NCBI RefSeq assembly: GCF_009914755.1
Contig: NC_060926.1
From: the human T2T-CHM13v2.0 reference genome, Homo sapiens
Strand: one strand, 5' to 3'
Length of the DNA stretch: 64,000 nucleotides
In this document: positions 1 through 12,471 of the stretch, piece after piece
How the letters are laid out: each line of letters opens with the position of its first letter
How positions within the stretch are numbered: position 1 is the stretch's first letter
The notes under the pieces: generated by a model
The model's input: the letters and a program-made list of their open reading frames with translations, nothing else
Told to the model about the DNA's origin: nothing
The model's database searches: none
Program-made: the position numbers and the translations under genes

Positions 1-739
1 CCACATGTGTAGTAAAAGAGGGCTGTCAACTAAATATAGGAAATCTGGTGTATTGATATGTTTTGAGTTCCACCCATATTTTTGAGTTTTCTTTCAGGCC
101 CATTTGTATTTTCTATAGTTTTTAATAGTATTAGTTGACACTTTTTTGAAACCTGAATATTACATTGATTATCTAATTATCACATTCTGAACCCTGAATG
201 GGTAATACTATTATTCTATTTTACCAACAAAATATATTAACTCCCACTTAAATGACATTGTCTGAATAATGACCTCTATTTTTCCTTTCTATCCTAGTGG
301 GAAGCATCTACTCTGGGAGTCTGTTTCAAGATCTCTTATCCTGGATTTTATATCTCTTATTGCTGAACTCCCCAAAATGAAGCCAAATGACAAGATGTGA
401 AACCTAATATACCAGACTTTAATAGCTCACAGGGGGAAATACAAAGAAATCCTTAGTACTAACACTTCTGAGTTCAGAGTAAACTCTGCCATGGCAAGCA
501 CAGTGCCTAGCACGTTGTATAATAAATACTCAATAATCTCAGGTAACAGAATGTTGAATGGAGCTTTTCTTTGACCTTGAAATTAGAAAATGGAGCTCAC
601 AGCAAATTCTAAAAAGAGCAAGAAACGGTTGGGGCAGACCTCTAACTGAGGACATCCTACAAGGATTGCAAATAAGCCTTATTTCCCTCAAACACCTTTT
701 CCCTGTCTCCATCATAAAGAGGGCTAGAAAGTGTTAAGA

Positions 740-1730
740 AGGGGTCAGTAGAAATCACTGGGATCACCATGTTGATGGAAGAAGTTATTCTTTCTTACCC
801 ACTGGCAAGAACAGGGAGTATGTCCCTTTCCTTTTAAAGACAAGTGAGGTAGAGATATCTCAACAGAATCACTTATAAGATGTGGGGTACCTAGAAGAAA
901 GGAAACCTGGCCTTTTATTCCTTGGATGAATGTTTGTTGAACTGGAAACCTGTAGGTCCACTGAGGGTTTGCTGTTGGAATAGTGTGGAGCATGGTGAAA
1001 GATTCTTACGGAGCTGGAAGTGTTGCCCCTGATGCTTGGGAGTAGACATGAAAACAGATTTGTACTTGTGTCTCCACTAAGATAGCTAAGACAGAAGGCC
1101 TGCTAAGGCTTCCATGATATAGTATGCCTGGAAAAACAACATGGAGAACCCCCCATCTAAAATCCCCTAGTAAAGTTGTTCATAAAAATTTTTTCCAAGA
1201 GTACAGAAAGGGTTTCTTAAAGTTGTGAGATTCCTTACAAAGAGAATTGGAGGTAAGAGGGGGTAGACAAAAGCCTTGGACATACCATGCAAGGCCGTGA
1301 GTGTCAAACCCCCATGAGACGAAGCAATGATGTTATTCCTCTCTAGAGGAATGCTCACTGACTTGGAAGATGCCAGGAAGACTCAAAAATCACCAGAAGA
1401 AAATAAAGCACCTTTGCAGAGATCATGACATTGTCGGAGACAACTACCCAATGTGAAACCAGATCAAGACAGAGCAGGACCAGGGAAGACTCCATGCCAT
1501 CAAGGGATGACTAGCTCTGTAAGAACCATGCTTTCCTTGTCTCCCCACATAATACTTCCTTTACAAGGTACTAGTGTAGGAAAAGAAGTGAATTTGTGGA
1601 CTATGCCCATCTCTATCTCACCACTCTAAAGCCACATGAGTCTATTATACTGAATAAAGGGAAAAGAAAGAAGTTTAAATATAACATGAAACTGTAGTTT
1701 TAGTTTAATAACATAGGGTAACTGAGAAAA
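740..1730. mobile_element. Possible ancient, highly diverged LTR-type element (family not assigned)
   Basis: About 1 kb of purine-rich, more GC-rich sequence between AT-rich flanks, with no coding signal. Termini and TSD were not identified. Confidence 0.25.
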
Positions 1731-4395
1731 GCATAGGATCTTCCTAATACATTAATAAGAGAATAAAAGGGCATATTTGACATCACATGGTTGAATTTAG
1801 GAATCAAAAAATAATAAAACCGATTTATATTTATATCTTACTCAGGTGATACTGCTTAATAAATTGTGTATTTGAATGAATGAGTGAAATATGAGTGCAC
1901 AGATATGTTGGTAAGTAAATGGCAACATGAAAGAAAGATTTTTTTCTTATATTAGCCTTTTTCAGGATCTTCATTTTAGAAGTTGCTAGGGAGCAATAAT
2001 GTTAGTTATTACTTTTCTGTAAACCCACGGCATTAATAAATGCTGTTCTGTTATCTAAACCAGACTGAATTTAATTTATCCCAGATTCCCCATTTGCCTT
2101 GGTATCTCTTCAATAGGGAGAAGCATGCTTTCACATAGTGAAAATGGTACAGCATATCAGTTTCACAAGGTTAAAAGTTTCTGTAGTCATGACTTTAAAT
2201 GCATTTCACTGAATTAGATGAGATGACACACAACAGATATAACGGAGATTAAGTTCAGAATCACAAAGCTATGAACTTATTTGGTTATCCAGTATTATAC
2301 AATTTATGGGGAAAGAATGTATATAGAAATCAAAGCTACATTTTAACGGTAGAAATGCCAAAGTTTATGGTTGCTTATACAGAGCTGGATCAGGGATCCA
2401 AGCCTCTCCACTCCCAAGTGTGCCTGTATTCTTCACCCTTAGTGGTAGTAGAACCTTATGAATTAGAATTAGCCAAATAGGATATATATCATTAGTTACT
2501 TTGTAAATCTCATATAATGATAATCATGACCATAGAGCAACACAGGCGATATACCTCTAACATAAACTTGTATTTAGACTCCTCTGTTTATATTGTACAG
2601 GTCATACTATGAGCCTAATCCTGAAAAGTTTTTTCGAGGTTAACCCTCATTGTACATCACTTCTGTCACTGGGAACAGAGCAAATTAGGGAGGAAAGGGA
2701 TTATTGCAGCGACAAACATAACCGTGCTCATATCTATCCACCTATATCGGGTTTCTTGCCACCATAACCATGATAGAATGAGCTCAGAAATCTTATCAGA
2801 TTCTCCCTGTTGTCCACAACTGGTGCAAATACGGCCAAATGAAAGAAATTATACATGGCTGGTACTCATTTGTTGAGAAAAATATTTAAAAAGGCACACC
2901 AACTCAGGTCTCAATAATATAGGAAGATAGAAAAAAAAGGTACAACTATAACATAAACATCAGTTAATCCAAGAATGCTTTTATGTTGATAGGCCATAAG
3001 TGAGTTCTACCAAGATGATCTAAAATTACTATTTTATATACTTGAACCATTTAAATGGTTACAGTTACCCAGTTCAGTTTTTCTTGAGGATTACATTGAA
3101 AATATGATAATAAAAATTCTTTATTTATGAATTAGTAGTGAAACCCAAGTGAAATGTTTACTTCTTAAACATCAGCACCAATTGTGAATGCCAGCTATAT
3201 TCTGATCCATTTCTGTTAATAACAAGATAATCTTTTCATCCTTATCCTATAATAAAGCAAACCAGAGGCAATTCTATTTTTATCATTTTATTTCAGTATT
3301 TATTGAAATCAAATTTTTGAAATATTTCTTACCTTGGTATTTTATGATCTATGCTGAAGTACATGTCAACAGTGGCTGTATTTGAGAGCCTGCTTCATCC
3401 ATTTGATGCCAAAAAAAAAAGGTAACTCTAAATATCTTTTTAAGGATTATATGATTCACTTATATGACTGGAAAATTTCAAAACAACTTAGGATTTGTGA
3501 ACATCATCCAGAGTGCAGTAGCATTCTTAAAAATAAATAAATAAAGCCTCTTTTTCTTTACAATAAAGGCAATAAACATAATTGGTTGTCAATAAAAGGG
3601 GAATTATTTAAAAGACTTGTTTTACGCAGTGTCACTGCTTGGCTGCTCACTCAGTGTGGTTCATTATATTGGCTTGTCTCACTTGTGGCAGCAACAGAAT
3701 TCAATCTTGGCTTCATTTACAGATTGACTAATTAAATTGGGATATAAGTACATTTGCAGAAGCTGGGCCATAGCACACACATTCTCTCTCTCTCTTAAAA
3801 AGTTCAGCTGGTGATTGAAAACAAGAGGTAAAATTTTTCCATAAAGAAATGTGCACCTATTTACCAGTAGCTATGTTTTCTTTGCCAATAGACAACATTT
3901 TTGAATCACCAAGCTAATTCAATTCTTGCCAATACAACTGTGAAAAAAAAAGAAAATTAAGGCTGAAGTTTTTTTTTTTTTAGAAGAAACCCCCTTTTTT
4001 AATAAAAATATTTACCAATACAAAAGGCCTATATAAGCAATATATAATAGATATATTATAAACACTGTTTTTAAAGTGCACAAAAATGCTGTTGGTTTCT
4101 GGTGGTTTTGGTTTTAGCAAAGTCTTTTTTCAAAGAGGTATTCTGAGGAGCAAATTATTTTGTACCAACCACATTTGGCATTGACACAAAGGCGTCAATT
4201 CTATTGAGAGCCATTTCTCCATGTTTTTCACGTTCGACATAATTTTTATTTTTTGTTTAGTTTCTTGCGGTAGTTTAAGGATTATAATGTTTTAATATAT
4301 TGTTTGAGCTTATACGTCAACACTCTTTTGTCCTGGAATGTTAAAAATAGCTGCTTTTTAACTGGGTCAAACTTTTCTTAAAAAATAACATAGCA

Positions 4396-4540
4396 TGCTG
4401 ATATCCATGTGTGCTAAATGTTTAGCTCCCACTTCTATGTGAGAACATGTGGTATTTGGTTTCCTATTCCTGTGTTAATTTATTTAGGATTATGGCATAT
4501 GTATCCCCTGTATCTAAAATAAAATTTGAATTTAAAATAA
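4396..4540 (+). mobile_element. Tiny 5'-inverted L1 (L1PB/old L1PA 3' UTR)
   Basis: About 4400-4496 is antisense L1 3' UTR (tttagctcccac...gagaacatgtggtatttgg...ttaggattatggc). 4497-4540 is the sense L1 terminus (atgtatcccctgtatctaaaataaaa). TSD taacatagca at 4386-4395 and 4544-4553. Confidence 0.75.
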
Positions 4541-5204
4541 TAGTAACATAGCAAAAAGTTGGGTAGGGGGACTTGTTTGAGATAAGACAATACAACTAAA
4601 AGAAACTCACAAAATTGTATGTAAATTTCTTAGAAAGACTTTGGAGTATGTCAACCAGACAACACTAAGAATCGTGACTGGTGGAACTATCAGTGCAATA
4701 AAGAAGATGACCTAGCTCTGTCATTTTACTGCTAAAACAGCAATAGTTTTAAAAATGACTTAATGCCTGTTGACTTATTTGAACATGAAATGAATGGAAT
4801 AGTCTCTCTTATTGTGTTTCCTCTTCTCCGCTAGATTCAGTCTATAGTTCAGGTTTTATTTGGTCTATAGTTATTCTTAATTGGTTGCTGAAATTTAAAA
4901 ATTGAACAGCAATGTAAAAATCCAGATTCATACTTTATCTTTAAAATTTCTAGAAAGCAAGGGTCTGAATTATTCCCAAAACAATAATCAGCTGAAATTA
5001 AGTTGCTGCTCCACCCTTCTGAATGAGAATGGTACTCCAGATTTGATATATTCTCCCCTTTCTGGATTTTCTACAGCTAATTTATCTCACTCATTAAAAA
5101 CACCTGCCTGTCGTTAATATGATTATTGAGTCTATGATCTTTTCTACTGGCAGCAAAATGTATTATTAAGAGATCAATTCATGGAATAAGATCATGGACT
5201 CGAA

Positions 5205-5345
5205 CCACTCTAAACCTCAGTTTACTCATTTATAAAGTGGTGGTATAGTAATAGCACTTGATTCATAAGGCTCTTATAATAAATAAATAATAAATAAATA
5301 AAATTGGCTTAGCATGATGACTGTATTATAGTAATATCCAATAAG
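5205..5345 (+). mobile_element. MIR fragment
   Basis: MIR core-like ctctaaacctcagtttactcatttataaagtgg...taatagcac. Confidence 0.55.
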
Positions 5346-6707
5346 TACTACATAATAATTGCTAACCATCAAAGTCTGCATTTATCATTTTGGAATTGTA
5401 TTTCATATAGCTGGGATGAAGACAATCAGTTTTTGTAGATATCTCATGTCTCTATGGCCCTCTTCAAAATGTGGGGAAAAACTGACAGACCTCTTCAAAT
5501 TATATGGATTTTATATATCCAGTTAATGTCTGATTTCAATCAACTTAGATACATGAATTTTTGGTGCTTTGGAGAAAACATGTATTACTTCAATGTAATT
5601 TTTTTTTTAGTTTTATACTTTTTTCTAGAAATCCAGACACTTTAAACCTGTGTGCTGTGTTTACTCTTACCATTTGTGAGTTATTGACTGACTTTTTAAA
5701 GAACTAATTTTTCTAGGCCCTATAGTTCAAAATAATACTGCAGCTTTCAGACTTGGTCTGCAGAACTTGAGTTGCGTTTCTGTTATAAGACGGAGAAAGC
5801 TTAACCTGAGCTATGTCAACATGTTCAAAAAAGCTGAGGAAGAAAATGCAGAGTATCTTGCTCTGGTTTCAATAATAGTAAACAGAATTTTATTGACCAC
5901 CTGTCAAACTCTTTGGAAAAGTCATTGGATTCTTTATTCTCTGAAACAATTGTTTAGAGAATGCTATTAAATAACATAAATTGATGGACCTGGCTTTTCA
6001 AAAAATGTATACCTGTTTTGAATAAGAAATTTATAAAACTTACATTGGAATTAAAGTGATTTTCAAAATGTATTTTTTTGGTCATATGATAGCTATTGTT
6101 TTACTGGCATTTGTATATAAGTATTCAGAACTACAACAGCTAGCAAGGAGATCTCCAGAGGGACCACAATCATCCTCTTAAAAAAAAAGCTGGTCACCTT
6201 GAGAGCAGTGAAAGTTAAAAGTTGGGAGGAAATGGGAATCCACAGGGGGCCAAACTCTGCCAGCTGCTCTCTTCCTGTCCAGAATAGAAAGTTGCTTGAA
6301 CACCAAGTAAGTTTCTAAATGGGTATTTCACCACTTTTAAAAAAATAAAACTCATGATTTGGTACTTCATCTCACTTTACTTAGAAACAATATAATTTAA
6401 AGGCTCAGTCTCATATGTGTAAAGCTGACAAAAATCCAAGGCCTTATCTTCTAACCAATTTTTCTGAAATTAAATATTTATGTCATCGACACTTCATTTT
6501 GTATTCTAAATAGTTTAGGGAATAGAACAAAAGCAATGATAGAAAATATTTCACTTTCGTTTTTTGGCTCCTAAAATGCCCCCCAAAAAACACTGAGCTA
6601 AGTAAGGAAAACACCTAGGTGCTTAAAACCAGATATTTTTAAATCATTTTCTAACTTTTGATCATGTAAGCATTCATGTACAGATTTAAAAATAAATAAA
6701 TAAAAGT

Positions 6708-7131
6708 TATAACAAATTTCAGCAGAGTGAAGATCACCTGGTGACCATCAAGCAGGCCATCCAGAGACAAAACTCCTTATCTGAAGAATTCAGAAGTAAA
6801 TAGACATGTCTGGAATGCATGCATATCCAAACTCAATTATGCAAACCTTGCTTACATTAAGACATCAAAATGTCTACAAATGTAATAGTTTATCATGACC
6901 TGTGCAGCTAATAGGTCCAAACTACTCATAAGCTCTGACTTTAGGGTCTGTAAATACCCCTAAGGAAAAATCCACCACAGGGCACTCACTCCTCTCTTAC
7001 TAAGGAGCCCCGCTGAACTATTCTGTAGCGTTCTCTCTTTCCAATAAAACTTTCTTTTTCAAACATATACTGTCGTTGGTAAATTCTTACCAATCCACGA
7101 GTCAACCACTTTCGATGCCAGGGCTCTGACA
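6708..7131 (+). mobile_element. ERV1 (MER4-group-like) solo LTR
   Basis: LTR architecture: TATA-like taaata near 6951, AATAAA at 7043-7048, and a terminal ...ctctgaca. Family not firmly assigned. Confidence 0.65.
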
Positions 7132-7626
7132 AGTTGCTCAGTGATATTTATTACATGAGAAAGAATATTCCTAAAAATAATTTTATCATTTTCAAGAATG
7201 AGAGTTGTTTTGTGAATTGTGATATATGCAAGATAAACTAATTGTTTTTTTTTTCTTTGCATTGGTATTATGCTATCCTCTACTGAACCAATATATATAT
7301 TCAGTGATTCTACTTTTTCTTTTAAATTGTATTCAATCACTTTTCACTGGACTTTGGAAATAATTCCCTAATAGTCTTCCTTATGTGATTTATAAAAAAA
7401 ATAAAGAATAGGCAAAAAAGTAAAGGGTTCTATTCAGACTTTGGAAGACTTAGTAAATAATAGCATATCATTAAATTTTTTATGTGGTGTTTTAAATTAT
7501 GGAGATAAAAATAAACTGCAGTTATATTTATAGGGTGATTTATGCACTATATAATTTTCAAAACAGAAAAATTTTAGTATCCATCTTTGAAAGATAAATT
7601 AAAAAAAACTTGGAAGACTATATTTA

Positions 7627-7959
<333 letters not shown>

Positions 7960-8547
7960 CTAAAGCTGCAAGATTTTATAAGAAAATATACATTTTATGT
8001 GATTTTATTAAAAGTATTTCTTGAAAGATTGGTGGGAATTGAACAACTTCTGCTTGTGGCTGTAACTGATTATGATATGATCACAGTTTTATTTAACAAT
8101 TCTTATCATTAGAATAGCAAAACACTATTATTTCTCAACTTGTATGTAACTAAGTGAAGTTTGCTATTTAAAATTGGTAAATCACACATTTTTAATACAC
8201 AGTTGGAAAAAAAGTATGGTGCTACCAAGTACTCATTATATCAGCTTGAAAAGTGACAAATGTTCATTTTATTTTGTTTAAACAGAAAAATAGTCAATTA
8301 AAATAATACTAGGGGGCACTGGATTTTACTGACTATGCCTCAGAAAGCTAGCATTGATATTTAAGTCAACACTAAAGGAGGAATTGTAATCTGCATTCCT
8401 CCCAAGAAGTCCGTGTCATTAAATGTGTTTCCTTTAGAACTTCTTATATCAGAACTACAAAACTGGAAATAACAACAACAATCCAGAATCTCCAATAACC
8501 AGGAAAACTCTTTAAACAAGTAATGGTACAAGGTACAAGTTTAATAG

Positions 8548-8924
<377 letters not shown>

Positions 8925-9087
8925 TAATCTAAACATATTTAGACATAAGTGACAAACCTAGGTCAGTCTAATACCATTGAATGAATAAATGTTAGAAAAA
9001 TACTAAAAAAGTCTTCAGTATGAAGATAGATGTTTTGTAACCCTAAAATTCCATGACCTGACAAGATGTCCTTTATGTGGAAAGGTA

Positions 9088-9662
9088 TGTGGGCCAAGCT
9101 TCCTTTGGGATATATTTAGTTGATAGTTTAAATGATAATAGCCCTTCTCTGAACTAACCCCCTTTTGTAAAACTAATGAAATACCACCAGGTTAGGAGTA
9201 TGATGGGAACCTGAATTGTGCTAAGGTATAGGTGGAGTTATATGATTGTCAGCCATTATTCTGAGGTTGCAAGATTTGCAACTTCCACAATAATTCCTGT
9301 AAATAACACCACTATTGTAGAACCTAAGATTGGTCTTGTAAGATGTCTTTCTAGACTTCTGTGTTTCTGGCCACCTGATGGCCCCACCCAGAAGTGGACT
9401 CAGAAAACAAGGAACATTTTCCACACTTCTGTGACTGCATCCCCAACAAATCAGCAGCACCTATACCCTATGCCCCTGCCCACCAAGCTATGTTTGCAAA
9501 ATTCAAGCCTCCAAATTTTGGGGGAGGCCAATTTGATTAATAATAAAACTTTGGTCTCTCATTAGCTACACTGTGTGAATTAAACTCTTTATTGCAATTC
9601 CCCTTTCTTAATAAATAGGCTCCATCTGGGAAGTAAGCAAGATGAACCCACTGGCAGTTACA
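9088..9662 (+). mobile_element. LTR8/LTR8A-like ERV1 solo LTR (5' part missing or diverged)
   Basis: Matches recalled LTR8A motifs (tttgtaaaactaatgaaa..ccaccaggttagga; tattgtagaacctaagattgg) and ends ...gaacccactggcagttaca. Confidence 0.75.
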
Positions 9663-10610
9663 CTTCCCCAGTCTTTTAAAAAACATCTAAGAAATCAAGC
9701 AAAAATTAGATTGTTATACCAGGAGACAAAAGCCAAAAAGATTCATTTTTAGTTCTTTCACTTCAAAATAGGAATTAAGCAAAAATTCCTAGAGAAGCCT
9801 CAAAAGGAGGACTCAAACATAGTATAACAAAGTATGGAAAGACTAGTAGGAAAGAAGGAAGATCCTGCAACCCTGAGATGAGAGTTACTTGCCTAAGTGT
9901 AGGGAGGAGAAAGGGACTACAACCTTGCAAAAAAAAAAAAAATACTTTGGAGGATAAGATCAAAAGATCAGAAAAAAAGGAAAGTGAAGACTGTCATGGC
10001 CAAAGCAGGAAGCTAAGCAGAAGGCTAAGGGAAGCCTATCCTTCTGTTACCTTTAGAGGGAGCACTCAGAATCACATTAAAAATGCAAATAAACCCTGTC
10101 AGCTTTGATAGTGGCTGAGGGCCTTCAATCAACAGCTGATTGCATATTGCTCAAGGCTTATCTGGTAGGATGAGTAAAGGTGCCCTGTGTGGACAGCTCA
10201 ATAGCCCACTTAAGCCCAAACTGAGCCAGGGGCTGCAATGATGATATGAAAGGGAAAACTCCATACAGGAGTCAGAGAGTGGGGAAAACTACTTACATGA
10301 AAATAAAACATTCTTCAAACTTTCTGAACAAAATAGCATAGTTACCTAAGACAGCTAAAACTTAAAAAAAACAAGAAAGTAGCTAAATAAGTAAAATTAC
10401 AAAAACCTCTCAGGCCTTAACACAATGCACATTCCAAATAATTTAGGGTATAGGGACATAGGCATTTCATGTGGGTGGGTCTACACATAAAGCCAAAGGA
10501 TATAAATTTAATTTTATATCTTTCTAATTAATGTTAATATCCATAGAATATTCACAAAAATAGATTTATATTAAGCCAAAAAAATGCATAATATATTATC
10601 ACAAACTAAT

Positions 10611-11178
10611 ACTGGGAAGGGAAAACTTTTCCTCTTCCTATTTAGGTTTAGTACCTAGGAGCTTGTGAATTAAACTGCCAAAGGACAGATTAACAAGAGA
10701 AGGAAAAGTTTGCTCATATGCGTATGAGGTCTACAAAGGAAGTGGTCCATTCAAGGGCTAATGTTAGGAGCTTATATATCTAATTTAATAGGGAAAAGCG
10801 AAGGTGGAGAAAAACCTTTATGGGAAGAACAGGAGAGTTTCCATAGGAAAGACAAATGGCTTTGTGGGAAAACAAAGACAAGAAAGTTTGTAATCATGAT
10901 TTTTTTTTTTAACACAGGTGCAAGTGGTCTTTTCCATCTTGTTCATGGCCCTAAAACTACCCTAGAGAGGGAATGTACGATAGTTTCACTTTTGATTTCC
11001 TTTCTGGGAGTCAAACCACACCTAAGAGGGGATTTATAGCAGAACATTCCCAGAATTTTCTGCCTTTAGTCAAATAAGGGAAGTTCTGAGAAGGCTTATT
11101 TTGATGTCTGTTGAATCTTAAAATTTTCAACTTAAAACAATCATTATACCAACTCTAGGCTTTAATTGGGTCCCCACA
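10611..11178 (-). mobile_element. ERV1 MER4-group (MER31/MER67-like) solo LTR
   Basis: Contains gtgaattaaactg..aa.gacagattaacaagaga. The minus strand starts TGTGGGGAC. Family is tentative. Confidence 0.5.
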
Positions 11179-11705
11179 CTAAATATATAGCCACATTTTA
11201 AAAGTTTACATATCAAAACAAAATAGCCACCTGGGGAAAATAGCCTCTTCCATTCAACAGTCTACTTTGGAAAGAAGTGAATGAAATGGCAAGGCGAAGA
11301 GCCAGCCAGTCACCCCATGAAATAAGCTAAATCAGTCCTTGTGATCGTGGGATAAGATACCACAGTCAAAACACCTCCGTATTTAAGAGACTGTATTGTT
11401 TGACCATAATGCAATAAAAATAAAATAAAAATATCAAAAATGTCAGAAAAAAATTAAAAGCAAATAAACTGGAATAAAAGCATGTAACAAACATGACAGA
11501 GTTTATATACTTAATGTATACTGTGCCTGTACAAATAAAAATTCTAAAATCCCAATAGAAAAACCAAGACAGAGGAAAGCTGAAAAAAAATGCAAATAGC
11601 AAACAAGTACAGTTAATCCTCATTATTCACAGATTTCATATTTGCAAATTTGTTTACTTGCTTATATTTATTTTAAAATTTTTCACCTTTAATCAACAGT
11701 CAATA

Positions 11706-12471
11706 TGAAAGGAGTTAGCCAGCTTGCTTTAGGTGGACAGTAAGGAAAGAGTCCCCAGAGAACCTCCCTCCTGTGTTTTGTGCACTTAAGGGACCTTGTA
11801 CTACGGGGCTTGCCTAAACATGGCCACAGTGGACTAAGGACCCACATGCATACTAGGGGAATACGGTGGAGCCACCAGTAATTCACACCTTATACAAATA
11901 TAAAATCCAGCCCTATCAGCTTGTATGTAAAAGCCCTTGGATTCAACTGTGAAGGCAGCAACTAGGAACCTGCTCTCAAGACCCCTCTCTTTGCTGAGAG
12001 CCTTCCCCTTTCACTTAACAAATTCTACTCCAGCCGGTAGTGGTGGCTCACGCCTGTAATCCCAGCACTTTGGGAGGCCGAAGCAGGCGGATCACAAGGA
12101 GATCGAGACCATCCTGGCTAACATGGTGAAACCCCGTCTCTACCAAAAATATAAAAAAATTAGCCCAGTATGGTGGTATGCACCTGTAGTCCCAGCTGCT
12201 GGGGGTGCTGAGGCAGGAGAATGGCGTGAACTTGGGAGGCAGAGCTTGTAGTGAGACAAGAACGAGCCACTGCACTCCAGCCTGGGCAACAGAGTGAGAC
12301 CCTGCCTCAAAAATAAATAAATAAATAAATAAATAATAAATAAATAAATAAATAAATAAATAAATTCTACTCCACTCACTCTCTGAGTGTCTGTGTGCCT
12401 AATTTTTCCTGGTCATGAGACAAGAACCCAGACCTAGCTGAGCTAAGAAGAAAAAAAGAAATTCTGCATCA
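11706..12471 (+). mobile_element. MER61-like ERV1 solo LTR inserted in MER82
   Basis: TG...CA termini (tgaaaggagttagccagc ... ttctgcatca) and 4-bp TSD aata at 11702-11705 and 12472-12475. Confidence 0.8.
12032..12361 (+). mobile_element. Alu (AluY-like) with (TAAA)n tail, inserted in the LTR
   Basis: Diagnostic gagatcgagaccatcctggctaac and gaatggcgtgaac. TSD aaattctactcc on both sides. Confidence 0.93.

Noticed and set aside
8305-8322. CTCF-like motif atactagggggcactg
   Set aside because: It lacks the conserved CC at the start of the core, and a single partial motif is not supportable.
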